A stretch of DNA of 63,477 nt, the filler included. It is 5 parts of 5 records of this genome, joined end to end, with 100 filler letters (N's around TTAATTAATTAA, not from the genome) between each part and the next. Parts side by side here need not be neighbours in the genome. Positions count along the whole stretch, not along the records: positions 1 to 21,977 come from DRR723986_5198; 4 more parts are not named here. The stretch is one strand, 5' to 3'. This document shows positions 10,089 through 18,762 of the stretch, piece after piece. The notes under the pieces were generated by a model, which did not search any database, was not told the origin of the DNA, and saw nothing but the letters and a program-made list of their open reading frames with translations. Position numbers and translations under genes: made by a program. The stretch's first letter is position 1; each line of letters begins with the position of its first letter.

Positions 10089-10123
10089 CTAGCAGACACT
10101 GCTACCGAAACACTTATATGCCC

Positions 10124-12559
10124 TTAGCGCATAACCTGTAGGGGCTGGCTGAGCGTGTACTGGCCACTGCGCAATATCAGGAAGTAGCTGCCTGCAGGCA
10201 GGCTGCGCACATCCAGCTCGGCATTTTGTGTACCGGGGCCACTGACATGCAGGCTGCGGCTGAGCTGTTCAATGCCGCGCGCATCAAAAACTTGTAGTTG
10301 GAGCTGACCGGCTGCCAGACCATCAAGCTGAAAATTGGACCACTGCAGATGGACTGATTTACTTGCCGGATTGGGGCTCAGGCTCAGTGCGCCGAACGGT
10401 GCCGGCAGCGCGGAGACGGAAGTCGTCAGGTCCGTTGATCCGCGCAGAATTACGCTGCTATTGGCAGATTCTGCATCGTTGGATGAAATCGTGACGGTCT
10501 GTTCAAACACACCTTCTTCAACCGGTTTAAAACAGATTGGACCATAATAGACGGTTGCGCTCGGCCCAATCACGAACGGCAGATTTAGCTGTGTGCCGAC
10601 GTGCTCAAACAGCCCGCTAATGTCCTGGATGCTGGAAATTAAGAGTTCTTGAGTTCCACTGTTGGTAAGTCTGATGCCTCTTGCATTGCAGCCCTGTCCA
10701 CCGACTGCGGCAAAAAACGGCTCAGCCGACACTTGCAGTTGTGGTCCTGTTCCATCCATCGTGAATTCACGAATGCTGACATTGCCGGCGCGGTCGCGTG
10801 CCAGCAGCAGGGCAAATGCCGGCGCGTCGGGATCTGTTTTGGTCAGGCGCACTTGTGCCTGTGCGACTTCACCGCCTTGTGTCAGGTCCGTGAGATAGGT
10901 AAGGCTAACGTTTTGGCTTTCGGCTCCAATCAATTCCACGGCGCTGATGCCGACTGCTGGAGTTCCCAGGTCCTGAACGCGGACTTCGTACTCCGTTCCA
11001 TCGGTGCTGGTCAGCACAATCGATGGCGCCAGCTGATCTCCAGTTCTTAACTGATCACAGTTAAAACCGCCTGTCCAGGCGTAGTTCTCAAACTGCGAGA
11101 GGCCGTGCAGGCTGGTGGCCACAGGAAGTGGGCTTTCCAGATTGTGGTAGCCCGGCTGTATATTTATCCGCGCCCAGTGCAGGTCTGTTTCCGGAATGCG
11201 ATTAATCAGAAATTTCGGCTCCAGCGCGGCGACGCGCAGACCGTCAATCGTGATCGTCTGCAGTAAGTCGCGGCCTTCCTCGGGAGACGTGTCGGGCGGT
11301 AATTGCGCAACAATCGTCAACAGATTGTTATTATATTCGGCGCGCAAAGGCGTCAAAACAGTGACCCCACCAATCGCGAACTGCTCCACTGGTGGAACGA
11401 GTTGCATCATCGGGTCGTAGTCGGCGTTGCCGTCCCATTCTGAAGAATAGGCGTACTGCATAACCATCGTTGGATTGTCACTGGTCCACTTCGCTGTACC
11501 ACGGATTGATTCTGCGCCGCCTTGCGGGTTGACTTCTTCGAACTCGGCCCAGTCGCCCCCGTTTGACAGGAAACCGTTGCGAACACCAATCAGCGCACGT
11601 TCATTGGAGGTATCGTAGTAGCGCACCTCGTAGCGTGTCTCGGGTTCCAGGGCCAGTACCCTAAAGTAATCGCCTTTGTTTTCACGCGGGAAATCAATGG
11701 AATGGTGCTCGGTGCCGCAGGCAATTGTTGGTGGCAGCATTTCCATCAGATTGTCGCGCGAAGAGGTCCCCATCGCTGTAGGAATAATGGTGCGTTCATG
11801 GAAAGCGATGACACCAATCGGTTTGTTGGCCGTGATAGCTGAGCCGGACAGGTCAAACACGCGGTCCAGACCGGAGCCACGCAGCATATAGACCTGGCCG
11901 CGATTGAGTGTGATGTTAAAGCGCTGTCCAATCCTTTTGCCACCGGCAGTTGTGCCGCCGCTGCTGGTTCCATCCACAGATATGATGACGCTGGTGGCAT
12001 CTTCCTGCGCCACAACTACAAATCCGCCGCCACGGTCGCTCTGCAGTTCGGGATAGTCATAATAACCTAAGTGGGAATAGCGTGTGCTCCAGCTCATCAA
12101 CGGGCGTGCGGCATACCCTTCTGAACTAAACCCTTTTCCAGACAGCACCCGCACACTAATCGGATGGTGTGCCGACACGATTATGCCTTTGTCGGAAACC
12201 AAGTCACTTTCGCGGACTTCGTAGGCCCAGCTGATTTCGTCAGTCATAGTGCTGAAGGTGACAGCCTCACCGGCTTTGACCTGTTTGCTGATTGGTGCAA
12301 CACCCAGTCCGGGAACCGAGACTGTGACTTCGGTATCAAAGCGTGAGCTCACGTAAATTTCAAGCGCACGTTGCAGAATTTCAATGTTGTTTGCCTCATT
12401 CGGCGGAATGGCCAGAATGAACTCACGGCCTTCCAGCGAATTATTGATATCGGCGCCGATTCCAGGGAAACGTTCCAGAAGTTCAGACTTGTTTTGGCCC
12501 AGTATGCCCGCCGGGGTGGCACAGGCCACCACAAAGAGAATCAGTAGTAGTTTTCGCAT
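10124..12559 (-). CDS. T9SS-type secreted protein, paralogue 4 (only one ASH-like domain)
   Basis: Same N-terminal domain motifs; CTD LSPNPAS...LPAGSYFL. ATG at 12559 preferred over TTG 12577. Confidence 0.82.
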   Translation of the reverse strand: MRKLLLILFVVACATPAGILGQNKSELLERFPGIGADINNSLEGREFILAIPPNEANNIEILQRALEIYVSSRFDTEVTVSVPGLGVAPISKQVKAGEAVTFSTMTDEISWAYEVRESDLVSDKGIIVSAHHPISVRVLSGKGFSSEGYAARPLMSWSTRYSHLGYYDYPELQSDRGGGFVVVAQEDATSVIISVDGTSSGGTTAGGKRIGQRFNITLNRGQVYMLRGSGLDRVFDLSGSAITANKPIGVIAFHERTIIPTAMGTSSRDNLMEMLPPTIACGTEHHSIDFPRENKGDYFRVLALEPETRYEVRYYDTSNERALIGVRNGFLSNGGDWAEFEEVNPQGGAESIRGTAKWTSDNPTMVMQYAYSSEWDGNADYDPMMQLVPPVEQFAIGGVTVLTPLRAEYNNNLLTIVAQLPPDTSPEEGRDLLQTITIDGLRVAALEPKFLINRIPETDLHWARINIQPGYHNLESPLPVATSLHGLSQFENYAWTGGFNCDQLRTGDQLAPSIVLTSTDGTEYEVRVQDLGTPAVGISAVELIGAESQNVSLTYLTDLTQGGEVAQAQVRLTKTDPDAPAFALLLARDRAGNVSIREFTMDGTGPQLQVSAEPFFAAVGGQGCNARGIRLTNSGTQELLISSIQDISGLFEHVGTQLNLPFVIGPSATVYYGPICFKPVEEGVFEQTVTISSNDAESANSSVILRGSTDLTTSVSALPAPFGALSLSPNPASKSVHLQWSNFQLDGLAAGQLQLQVFDARGIEQLSRSLHVSGPGTQNAELDVRSLPAGSYFLILRSGQYTLSQPLQVMR

Positions 12560-12747
12560 GATTTTCTCGTCTTTCAAAAAAGAAGTTCACACCGGAATAT
12601 TCATCCCAGCATTAGGCGCTCCGGCACGGGGCAAGCATGCAGTGCGCCTGGAATAGTGGCGTCGATGAATGGATTCTACCTACGGTAGATTCATCAATGG
12701 AGCGGAACTTCAGGAGGCCCGTCCGTAGACGGGCCGCGTTCAGACGA

Positions 12748-15441
12748 TCAGCGTGAAATCACGAGGTTTTGCGTGTGTGAGCCATGTGCACCATACAACT
12801 CAACAAAGTAGCTGCCAAGGGGCAGAGCACTCAGCGTCAGGTCCATGGATTGTGTTCCGGCGCCCGTCAGGCCCAGGGCACGTTCCAGAACGACTTGGCC
12901 ACGGATGTCTACAACTCGCAAATTCAGTTCTGCTGCCGATCTGGTTGACCAGGTGATGCGGGTCATGTTACTCGCCGGATTAGGGCTGAGCTTTACTGAG
13001 TTCTCATAGACCAGAGGCTCGTGCACCGGTGAGGTGAATTCGGCAGTTGCACTTAACAGCGCTACTTGCAGCTCCAATTCTGCATCGTCTGAAGTAATAA
13101 GAACTTCCTGCTCAAATACTCCAACAGTTGAAGGCGCAAAACATATCGGTCCCAGCTCTAGAATTTCACCGGGCGCAAGTACCAGTGGCAAAGTCGGAAT
13201 GTCATCGCGCAGCTCAAATGGTGCTTCAATCGCTGCAATTTCAGAGATTGTCAGGTTCCAGGTTCCAACATTTGTTAATGTTAGTCCGGGGTCTTGGCAG
13301 CTGGACGTCTCGATCTCGGTGTCCGGAAACTTCGCTTCTATGATTTCCAGATGCGGCAGTCCCCCCTGTCCGCGCAGCTCAAATTGATAATCAAAATCGC
13401 TTGAGAAACGTGCAAGCGCTACCGTCTCATCGTCGTCGATATCGGTACGTGCCGTTTCTTCCGTCGGCGCATAACGAACGGGAATTTCAACTGATTCACC
13501 AATCGCCAGGTCCAATGGCAGTTGCAGATCTGGTGCGGAGAAGTGCGAATTTGCTTCAATGCCGAGTTCGTTGAGGGTCAGATCCAGGCTGCCGGTATTG
13601 CTGATACGCAAAGCTTGGTCGGCAAACTCACCCACACGCACGCGGCCAAAGTCCAGCACACGCGGCTCAAACTCCACCGCTGCCGTTTCTAGTTCAAAGG
13701 TCCACGAGTCCAGGTTACCGGCACGGTCCCAGGCTATGATTAAAGCATTGGCGTCCTTGTCGGGTTCAATTTTGTCGAGTCGGATGCGTGCCTTCGCGTG
13801 TTCGCCGCCCAGCGTGATGTCGTCCCGATACTCTATCTCCATATTTGTGCTACTGTACACCGCCATTTCAACAGCTGCCAGGCCAATGTCGGTCGGCCTG
13901 TTGTCCGTGATTTCCAGGTCGATAGAGAACCTGTCGGAATCCAGAACATTGAGGTCGGGAGCATCAACATCACCCGATTCCAGGAAATTCGTAGCAATCC
14001 CATCGGTCCAGGCATACGATTCAAAACGCGAAAAACCGTAAATGCTGGTTGCCACCGGCAGCGTGCTCGTAATCTGATGTGCACCCGGTGCAACGTTTAT
14101 GCGTGCCCAGTGGATATTTGTTCCCGGAATTCGGTTTTCCAGGAATTCTGGAAATCGTTCAAAAACAGGCGTGCCGTCCATCACTACCTTACGCAATTCT
14201 GTCGGCGAACCTTGTGGTACCAGGCCTGCCACAAAAATGTTAACCCAGTTGGTATTAAAATCTGCATTTGAAGGTGCGCTGAACAGGTGACCACCGCGCG
14301 TGAACTGTTCCACCGCCGGCACCAGCATCATATTCGGGTCAAAGTCCTGATTGCCGTCCCAGCCGGAGGAATAGGAATATTGCATGACGACTGTGGGCTT
14401 GTCACTCTCCCAAACCGTTGTTCCACGGATAGATTCGCTCTCGTCCTGTGGATTAACTTCTTCAAACTCGGCCCAATCACCGGCCTTGGTGAGTAGACCG
14501 TTGCGCACGGAAATCAACTCTTTGTCTGCATCGGCCGCGTAGGACCTGATTTCGTAGTTTGTATTGTTTTCTGTTGCCAGGATGCGAAAGTAGTCACCCC
14601 TGTTTTCACGGTCAAATTCGAGTGACACGTGTTGTTTGCCCGCCGCTTCAACAGGTGGCAACATTTCAATCAGATTGTCGCGTGAAGATTGCCCCATTGC
14701 CGTTGGAATAATCGTGCGTTCATGGAAGGCAATCACACCGATCGGTTTTTCGGCTGTGATTCTTGTGCCGGTCAGGTCAAATGCACGATCCATTCCATTG
14801 CCGCGTATCATGTAGCTCTGGCCGCGGTTTAATGTGATGGAAATGCGGTCGCCAGGTTTTTTTCCACCGACGGTTGAGCCACCGGCGTCCGAACCCTGCA
14901 GGAAGAGTGTAATATCCGTTTGGTCTTCCTGTGCTACAACAACAAAACCGCCGCCACGCAAAGTCTGTACTTCCGGATAATCGTAATAGCCCAGATGTCT
15001 GTAGTCCGTTCCCCAGGTAGACAGCGGGCGGGCGGCATAACCTTCGGAGCAGAATCGTTTGGCACTCAGCACCCAAACGCTGACCGGATCTTTGGCGGTA
15101 ATTATCAGGGCCTTTTCAGTAACAACTTCACTTTCACGAACTTCCATTGCCCAGCTGAGTTCGTTGGCTTCACCAGAGAAGGTCGTGACTTCAAGCGCCT
15201 TGACTTTTTTCGTGAGCGGGCCAAAACCAAGTCCGGGCATCTCGATTGTCACCTCCGTATCTACGCGCGACGTAACGTAGATTTCAAGTGCGCGCTGGAT
15301 AATGTTAACACCGGTTGCCTCATTCGGCGGAATGGCTATTATGAATTGCCGGCCTTCCATAGTGTTGTTAGATAGAGACTGCGAAGGTGTAAGCGGACAC
15401 AAGAGTGCCGCGAGCGCGAGAATAAATATGAGTTTTTGCAT
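12748..15441 (-). CDS. T9SS-type secreted protein, paralogue 3
   Basis: Signal peptide; EGRQFIIAIPPNE, DRAGN, LDFGRVRVGE; CTD LSPNPAS...LPLGSYFV. Confidence 0.82.
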   Translation of the reverse strand: MQKLIFILALAALLCPLTPSQSLSNNTMEGRQFIIAIPPNEATGVNIIQRALEIYVTSRVDTEVTIEMPGLGFGPLTKKVKALEVTTFSGEANELSWAMEVRESEVVTEKALIITAKDPVSVWVLSAKRFCSEGYAARPLSTWGTDYRHLGYYDYPEVQTLRGGGFVVVAQEDQTDITLFLQGSDAGGSTVGGKKPGDRISITLNRGQSYMIRGNGMDRAFDLTGTRITAEKPIGVIAFHERTIIPTAMGQSSRDNLIEMLPPVEAAGKQHVSLEFDRENRGDYFRILATENNTNYEIRSYAADADKELISVRNGLLTKAGDWAEFEEVNPQDESESIRGTTVWESDKPTVVMQYSYSSGWDGNQDFDPNMMLVPAVEQFTRGGHLFSAPSNADFNTNWVNIFVAGLVPQGSPTELRKVVMDGTPVFERFPEFLENRIPGTNIHWARINVAPGAHQITSTLPVATSIYGFSRFESYAWTDGIATNFLESGDVDAPDLNVLDSDRFSIDLEITDNRPTDIGLAAVEMAVYSSTNMEIEYRDDITLGGEHAKARIRLDKIEPDKDANALIIAWDRAGNLDSWTFELETAAVEFEPRVLDFGRVRVGEFADQALRISNTGSLDLTLNELGIEANSHFSAPDLQLPLDLAIGESVEIPVRYAPTEETARTDIDDDETVALARFSSDFDYQFELRGQGGLPHLEIIEAKFPDTEIETSSCQDPGLTLTNVGTWNLTISEIAAIEAPFELRDDIPTLPLVLAPGEILELGPICFAPSTVGVFEQEVLITSDDAELELQVALLSATAEFTSPVHEPLVYENSVKLSPNPASNMTRITWSTRSAAELNLRVVDIRGQVVLERALGLTGAGTQSMDLTLSALPLGSYFVELYGAHGSHTQNLVISR

Positions 15442-15501
15442 TGTATTTCTACCGATGTATGGATTAAATATTCTGTCCGTTAGATCTCCTGAGGCCGCCG
15501 C

Positions 15502-18258
15502 TTAGCGATTAATCATTAAAGTCTGTGTAAAGCTGACGCCTTCAGTTTGCAGGACTACAAAGTAGCTGCCCACCGCAAGTTCATGCACATCCAGACTGAT
15601 GTGATTTTTGCCGGGCGCCTGCATTCCCAGGTTGCGTGTGTAGACTGATACACCGCGAACATCATAGATGTGTAAAGCCAGGTCTGCGCTTGTGCGCGCG
15701 GACCAATCAATTGTGACTGAACTGCTCGCCGGATTGGGGCTGAGCGTCAGCTTTTTATCAAAAATGCTCTTGTTTGCCACTGAGGATGGCTGATCTGCAC
15801 GCGCAGACAGCCGCGCCACAAGTGGCTGAATCGTCGGGTCATCAAACGTGAAAGTAATATCCTGTTGGAAGATACCAGGTGCAATCGGCGCAAAACAGAG
15901 TGGCTCCAGCACCAGGCTTGCACCTGGAGCCAGGCTGATGGGGAGTTCCGGCAGAGCGCCCTGCAAATCAAAGGGTGCCATGATTTCATCAATCGCGGAG
16001 ATATCTGCGCTTAACTGACCATAATTGTGAACTTCAATTCCGGGCGATTGGCAGTTTGATGCACCAACTTCAGTTGTTGGGAAGCTCGCCGTGATTACCC
16101 TTAAACGCGGAACGTCTCCGCGCCCCAGAACATCGAATGTTGTCGTAAAGCCGCCATCAAATTGCAGCTCTGCTTTGGCACTGACCGCGTCGAGATCAAA
16201 TGTGTCACTGACTGTCTCCGGCGCATAACGAATAGTCAGGCTAAGTGACTCCCCTGGTGCGATCGAAGCCGGAAGACTCGGAGTGAGCAATTCATAATCC
16301 TTCGACGGGCCAACCTTAAGCGCAGAAAGTGTCAGGGCGAAGTTCCCCAGGTTAGTCACATCCGTCGCGCGTGCCGCCGAGTTGCCGACGCGCACAATTC
16401 CAAAGTCGAGTGGGTCTGGGCTGACAGCGACATTTCCGGCTTCAAACGCAAACTCGTGGACACTGACATTTCCCGCACGATCGCGAAGCAGAACCACGGC
16501 GTGCGCACTTGTGCCCAGATCGTTTTGCAGCAGCAGCGCGCCTGCGCTGGTATGTTTACCGCCCAGCTGTAAGTCATCAAGGACATTAATGCTCACATTT
16601 TCACTTTCGGCGCGGATCAGCTCAATGGCGGCGATGCCGCTGTCTTCCGCGCGCAGCTCGGTGACTTCCAGATCAATCACCCAGGGACTGGTCCTGGTCT
16701 CGCTGACCTCTGGTGCCAAAACATCAGTGGTGTTGAGAAAGCTCGTGCTGACACTGCTTGTCCAGGCATAAGACTCAAAGCGCGAAAAGCCATAGACATA
16801 TGTTCCAAATGGGGTAGCGCCTGTAATCTGATGTGCACCGGGCGGGACGTTGACGCGCGCCCAATAATAGTCCGTTTCAGGAATCTGGTTTACAACAAAA
16901 AGCGGATCGCGATCTGCGACGGGAGTGCCGTCCAGGATAATTTCGCGTAGTAGTTTTTGGGTTGGATCCTCTGTTCCCTTCGCCAGTATCTGTAGCCAGT
17001 TCGTATTAAACTCGGCGTTGGAAGGTGTTGTCAGTAGACTTGCACCCAGATTGTATTGATCCGTCGGTGGCACAAGCGTCATCATCGGATCAAAGTCCTG
17101 ATTACCAACCCAGCCGGAAGAGTAGGCATATTGCATGAGCATCGTCGGCTTGTCGCTGGTCCAGACGCCAGTGCCACGAATTGCCGTGGCACCACCGTTC
17201 GGATTGACTTCGTCAAATTCGGCCCAGTCACCTGCTTTTTCGAGTAGACCTTCACGTATGCCGATCAGTTCACGATTACCATCTTTTTCGTAATAGCGCA
17301 CAACAAAACTGGTGTTGTTTTCCTGTGCCAGAATGCGGAAGTAGTCCCCGGTATTTTCGCTGAAGAATTCGAGCGTAATGTGCTCCCTGCCCCAGGCATC
17401 GACCGGCGGCAGCATTTCACTGATGTGATCGCGTGAAGACGTACCCATCGCCACGGGAATAACGCAGCGCTCATGGAAAGAAACCACTCCGATGGGTTTG
17501 CTGCCGACGATCCTGGTTCCGCTCAGATCAAAAGTCCTGTCCTGACCGTTGCCCTTTACCATATAAGTCTGGCCGCGATTCAGTGTAAATTCAAGTACGT
17601 CACCGGCCGAGCGTCCACCAACAGTTGTGCCGCTGCTGCTGCTTCCGCCAATCTCTAAACTGACTTTTGTGTCATCTTCCTGGGCCACAACCAGAAAACC
17701 ACCGGCGCGGTTTATTTCTTCTTCCGGATAGTCATAGTAGCCCAAATGACGATACTCCTCACCCCACAGGTTAGTTGGCCGCAGCCCAAAACCCTCAGTC
17801 GAAAAGCGCTTAGCGTTCATCATCCAGACAGTAATTGGGTCCGGCGAAGTAATGATCATAGCCTTGTCAACGATCTCTTCACTCTTGCGGACCTCCATCG
17901 CCCAGCTTAGCTCATTGGCTTCGCCGCTGAAGGTTGTGATTTCAAGTGCTTTGATTCGTTTCGTAAGTGGGCCAAAGCCAAGCCCCGGCATTTCAATCGT
18001 GACTTCCGTGTCAAAGCGTGAAGTCACGTAGATCTCAATTGCTCGCTGAATAATCTCGACGCCTTCGGCCTCGTTCGGCGGTATCGCTACCACAAATTGT
18101 CGGCCTTCCAATGTGTTGTTTATGTCCAGCGCGATGCCGGGATACAGCCCCAGCAACTCAGATCTGCTTTGCGCCGGCAGGTTAAAAGGCAGCACGAATA
18201 TCAGCAGTGCAAAAGTTCTGATCCAATTCTTATTCATCAGTCGTCTATAGTTGCGCAT
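15502..18258 (-). CDS. T9SS-type secreted protein, paralogue 2
   Basis: Same architecture. Start probably ATG 18258 (GAGAGGG upstream) or 18237, not the ORF-track 18429. Confidence 0.82.
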   Translation of the reverse strand: MRNYRRLMNKNWIRTFALLIFVLPFNLPAQSRSELLGLYPGIALDINNTLEGRQFVVAIPPNEAEGVEIIQRAIEIYVTSRFDTEVTIEMPGLGFGPLTKRIKALEITTFSGEANELSWAMEVRKSEEIVDKAMIITSPDPITVWMMNAKRFSTEGFGLRPTNLWGEEYRHLGYYDYPEEEINRAGGFLVVAQEDDTKVSLEIGGSSSSGTTVGGRSAGDVLEFTLNRGQTYMVKGNGQDRTFDLSGTRIVGSKPIGVVSFHERCVIPVAMGTSSRDHISEMLPPVDAWGREHITLEFFSENTGDYFRILAQENNTSFVVRYYEKDGNRELIGIREGLLEKAGDWAEFDEVNPNGGATAIRGTGVWTSDKPTMLMQYAYSSGWVGNQDFDPMMTLVPPTDQYNLGASLLTTPSNAEFNTNWLQILAKGTEDPTQKLLREIILDGTPVADRDPLFVVNQIPETDYYWARVNVPPGAHQITGATPFGTYVYGFSRFESYAWTSSVSTSFLNTTDVLAPEVSETRTSPWVIDLEVTELRAEDSGIAAIELIRAESENVSINVLDDLQLGGKHTSAGALLLQNDLGTSAHAVVLLRDRAGNVSVHEFAFEAGNVAVSPDPLDFGIVRVGNSAARATDVTNLGNFALTLSALKVGPSKDYELLTPSLPASIAPGESLSLTIRYAPETVSDTFDLDAVSAKAELQFDGGFTTTFDVLGRGDVPRLRVITASFPTTEVGASNCQSPGIEVHNYGQLSADISAIDEIMAPFDLQGALPELPISLAPGASLVLEPLCFAPIAPGIFQQDITFTFDDPTIQPLVARLSARADQPSSVANKSIFDKKLTLSPNPASSSVTIDWSARTSADLALHIYDVRGVSVYTRNLGMQAPGKNHISLDVHELAVGSYFVVLQTEGVSFTQTLMINR

Positions 18259-18722
18259 AGCAGGTTTTTCCCTCTCGCTTAAACATGCAGTCGAAAATTG
18301 AAACTGGGCATGTATTGTGTGACTTCGCATTCTAACGGGACAGGCATGTTCGCAGACCGAATTGCTGCGTGGACTTTCAGGCGCACCGGAAAGTGCGCGA
18401 AACATCACAGCGTTCCAGCCAACATTCAAGTGCGTTGGGGAGGAGGGACTACAAAAAATCCCGCACTTGAACCTGCAGTCCGTGGAAGACTTGAGTCGGC
18501 AGAACTCGAATTCACTCAGCTGCTGATCTTTGCAGCCAAAGGAATGAGTATACCAAAATGGGGGGACGGGGTATGGTAATGCTTTTGAACTGCGGCCTGC
18601 AAAGTCTGAATCTGCACGACAGGGACTTTGTCCGCTTCAATACTTGAGGCACATAACACCTGGACGGGGTGTTGAACTAACGAGGGAACACAAAAACTTA
18701 CAACAAGATACACAAACAGACA

Positions 18723-18760
18723 AACACGCGCAGCGCCGCGAAAGCGGCACTGCGCGTGTT
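18723..18760 (-). terminator. Strong hairpin right after the paralogue 1 stop (terminator or stabiliser)
   Basis: AACACGCGCAGCGCCGC-GAAA-GCGGCACTGCGCGTGTT, followed on the - strand by a U/G-rich tract. Confidence 0.6.
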
Positions 18761-18762
18761 GT

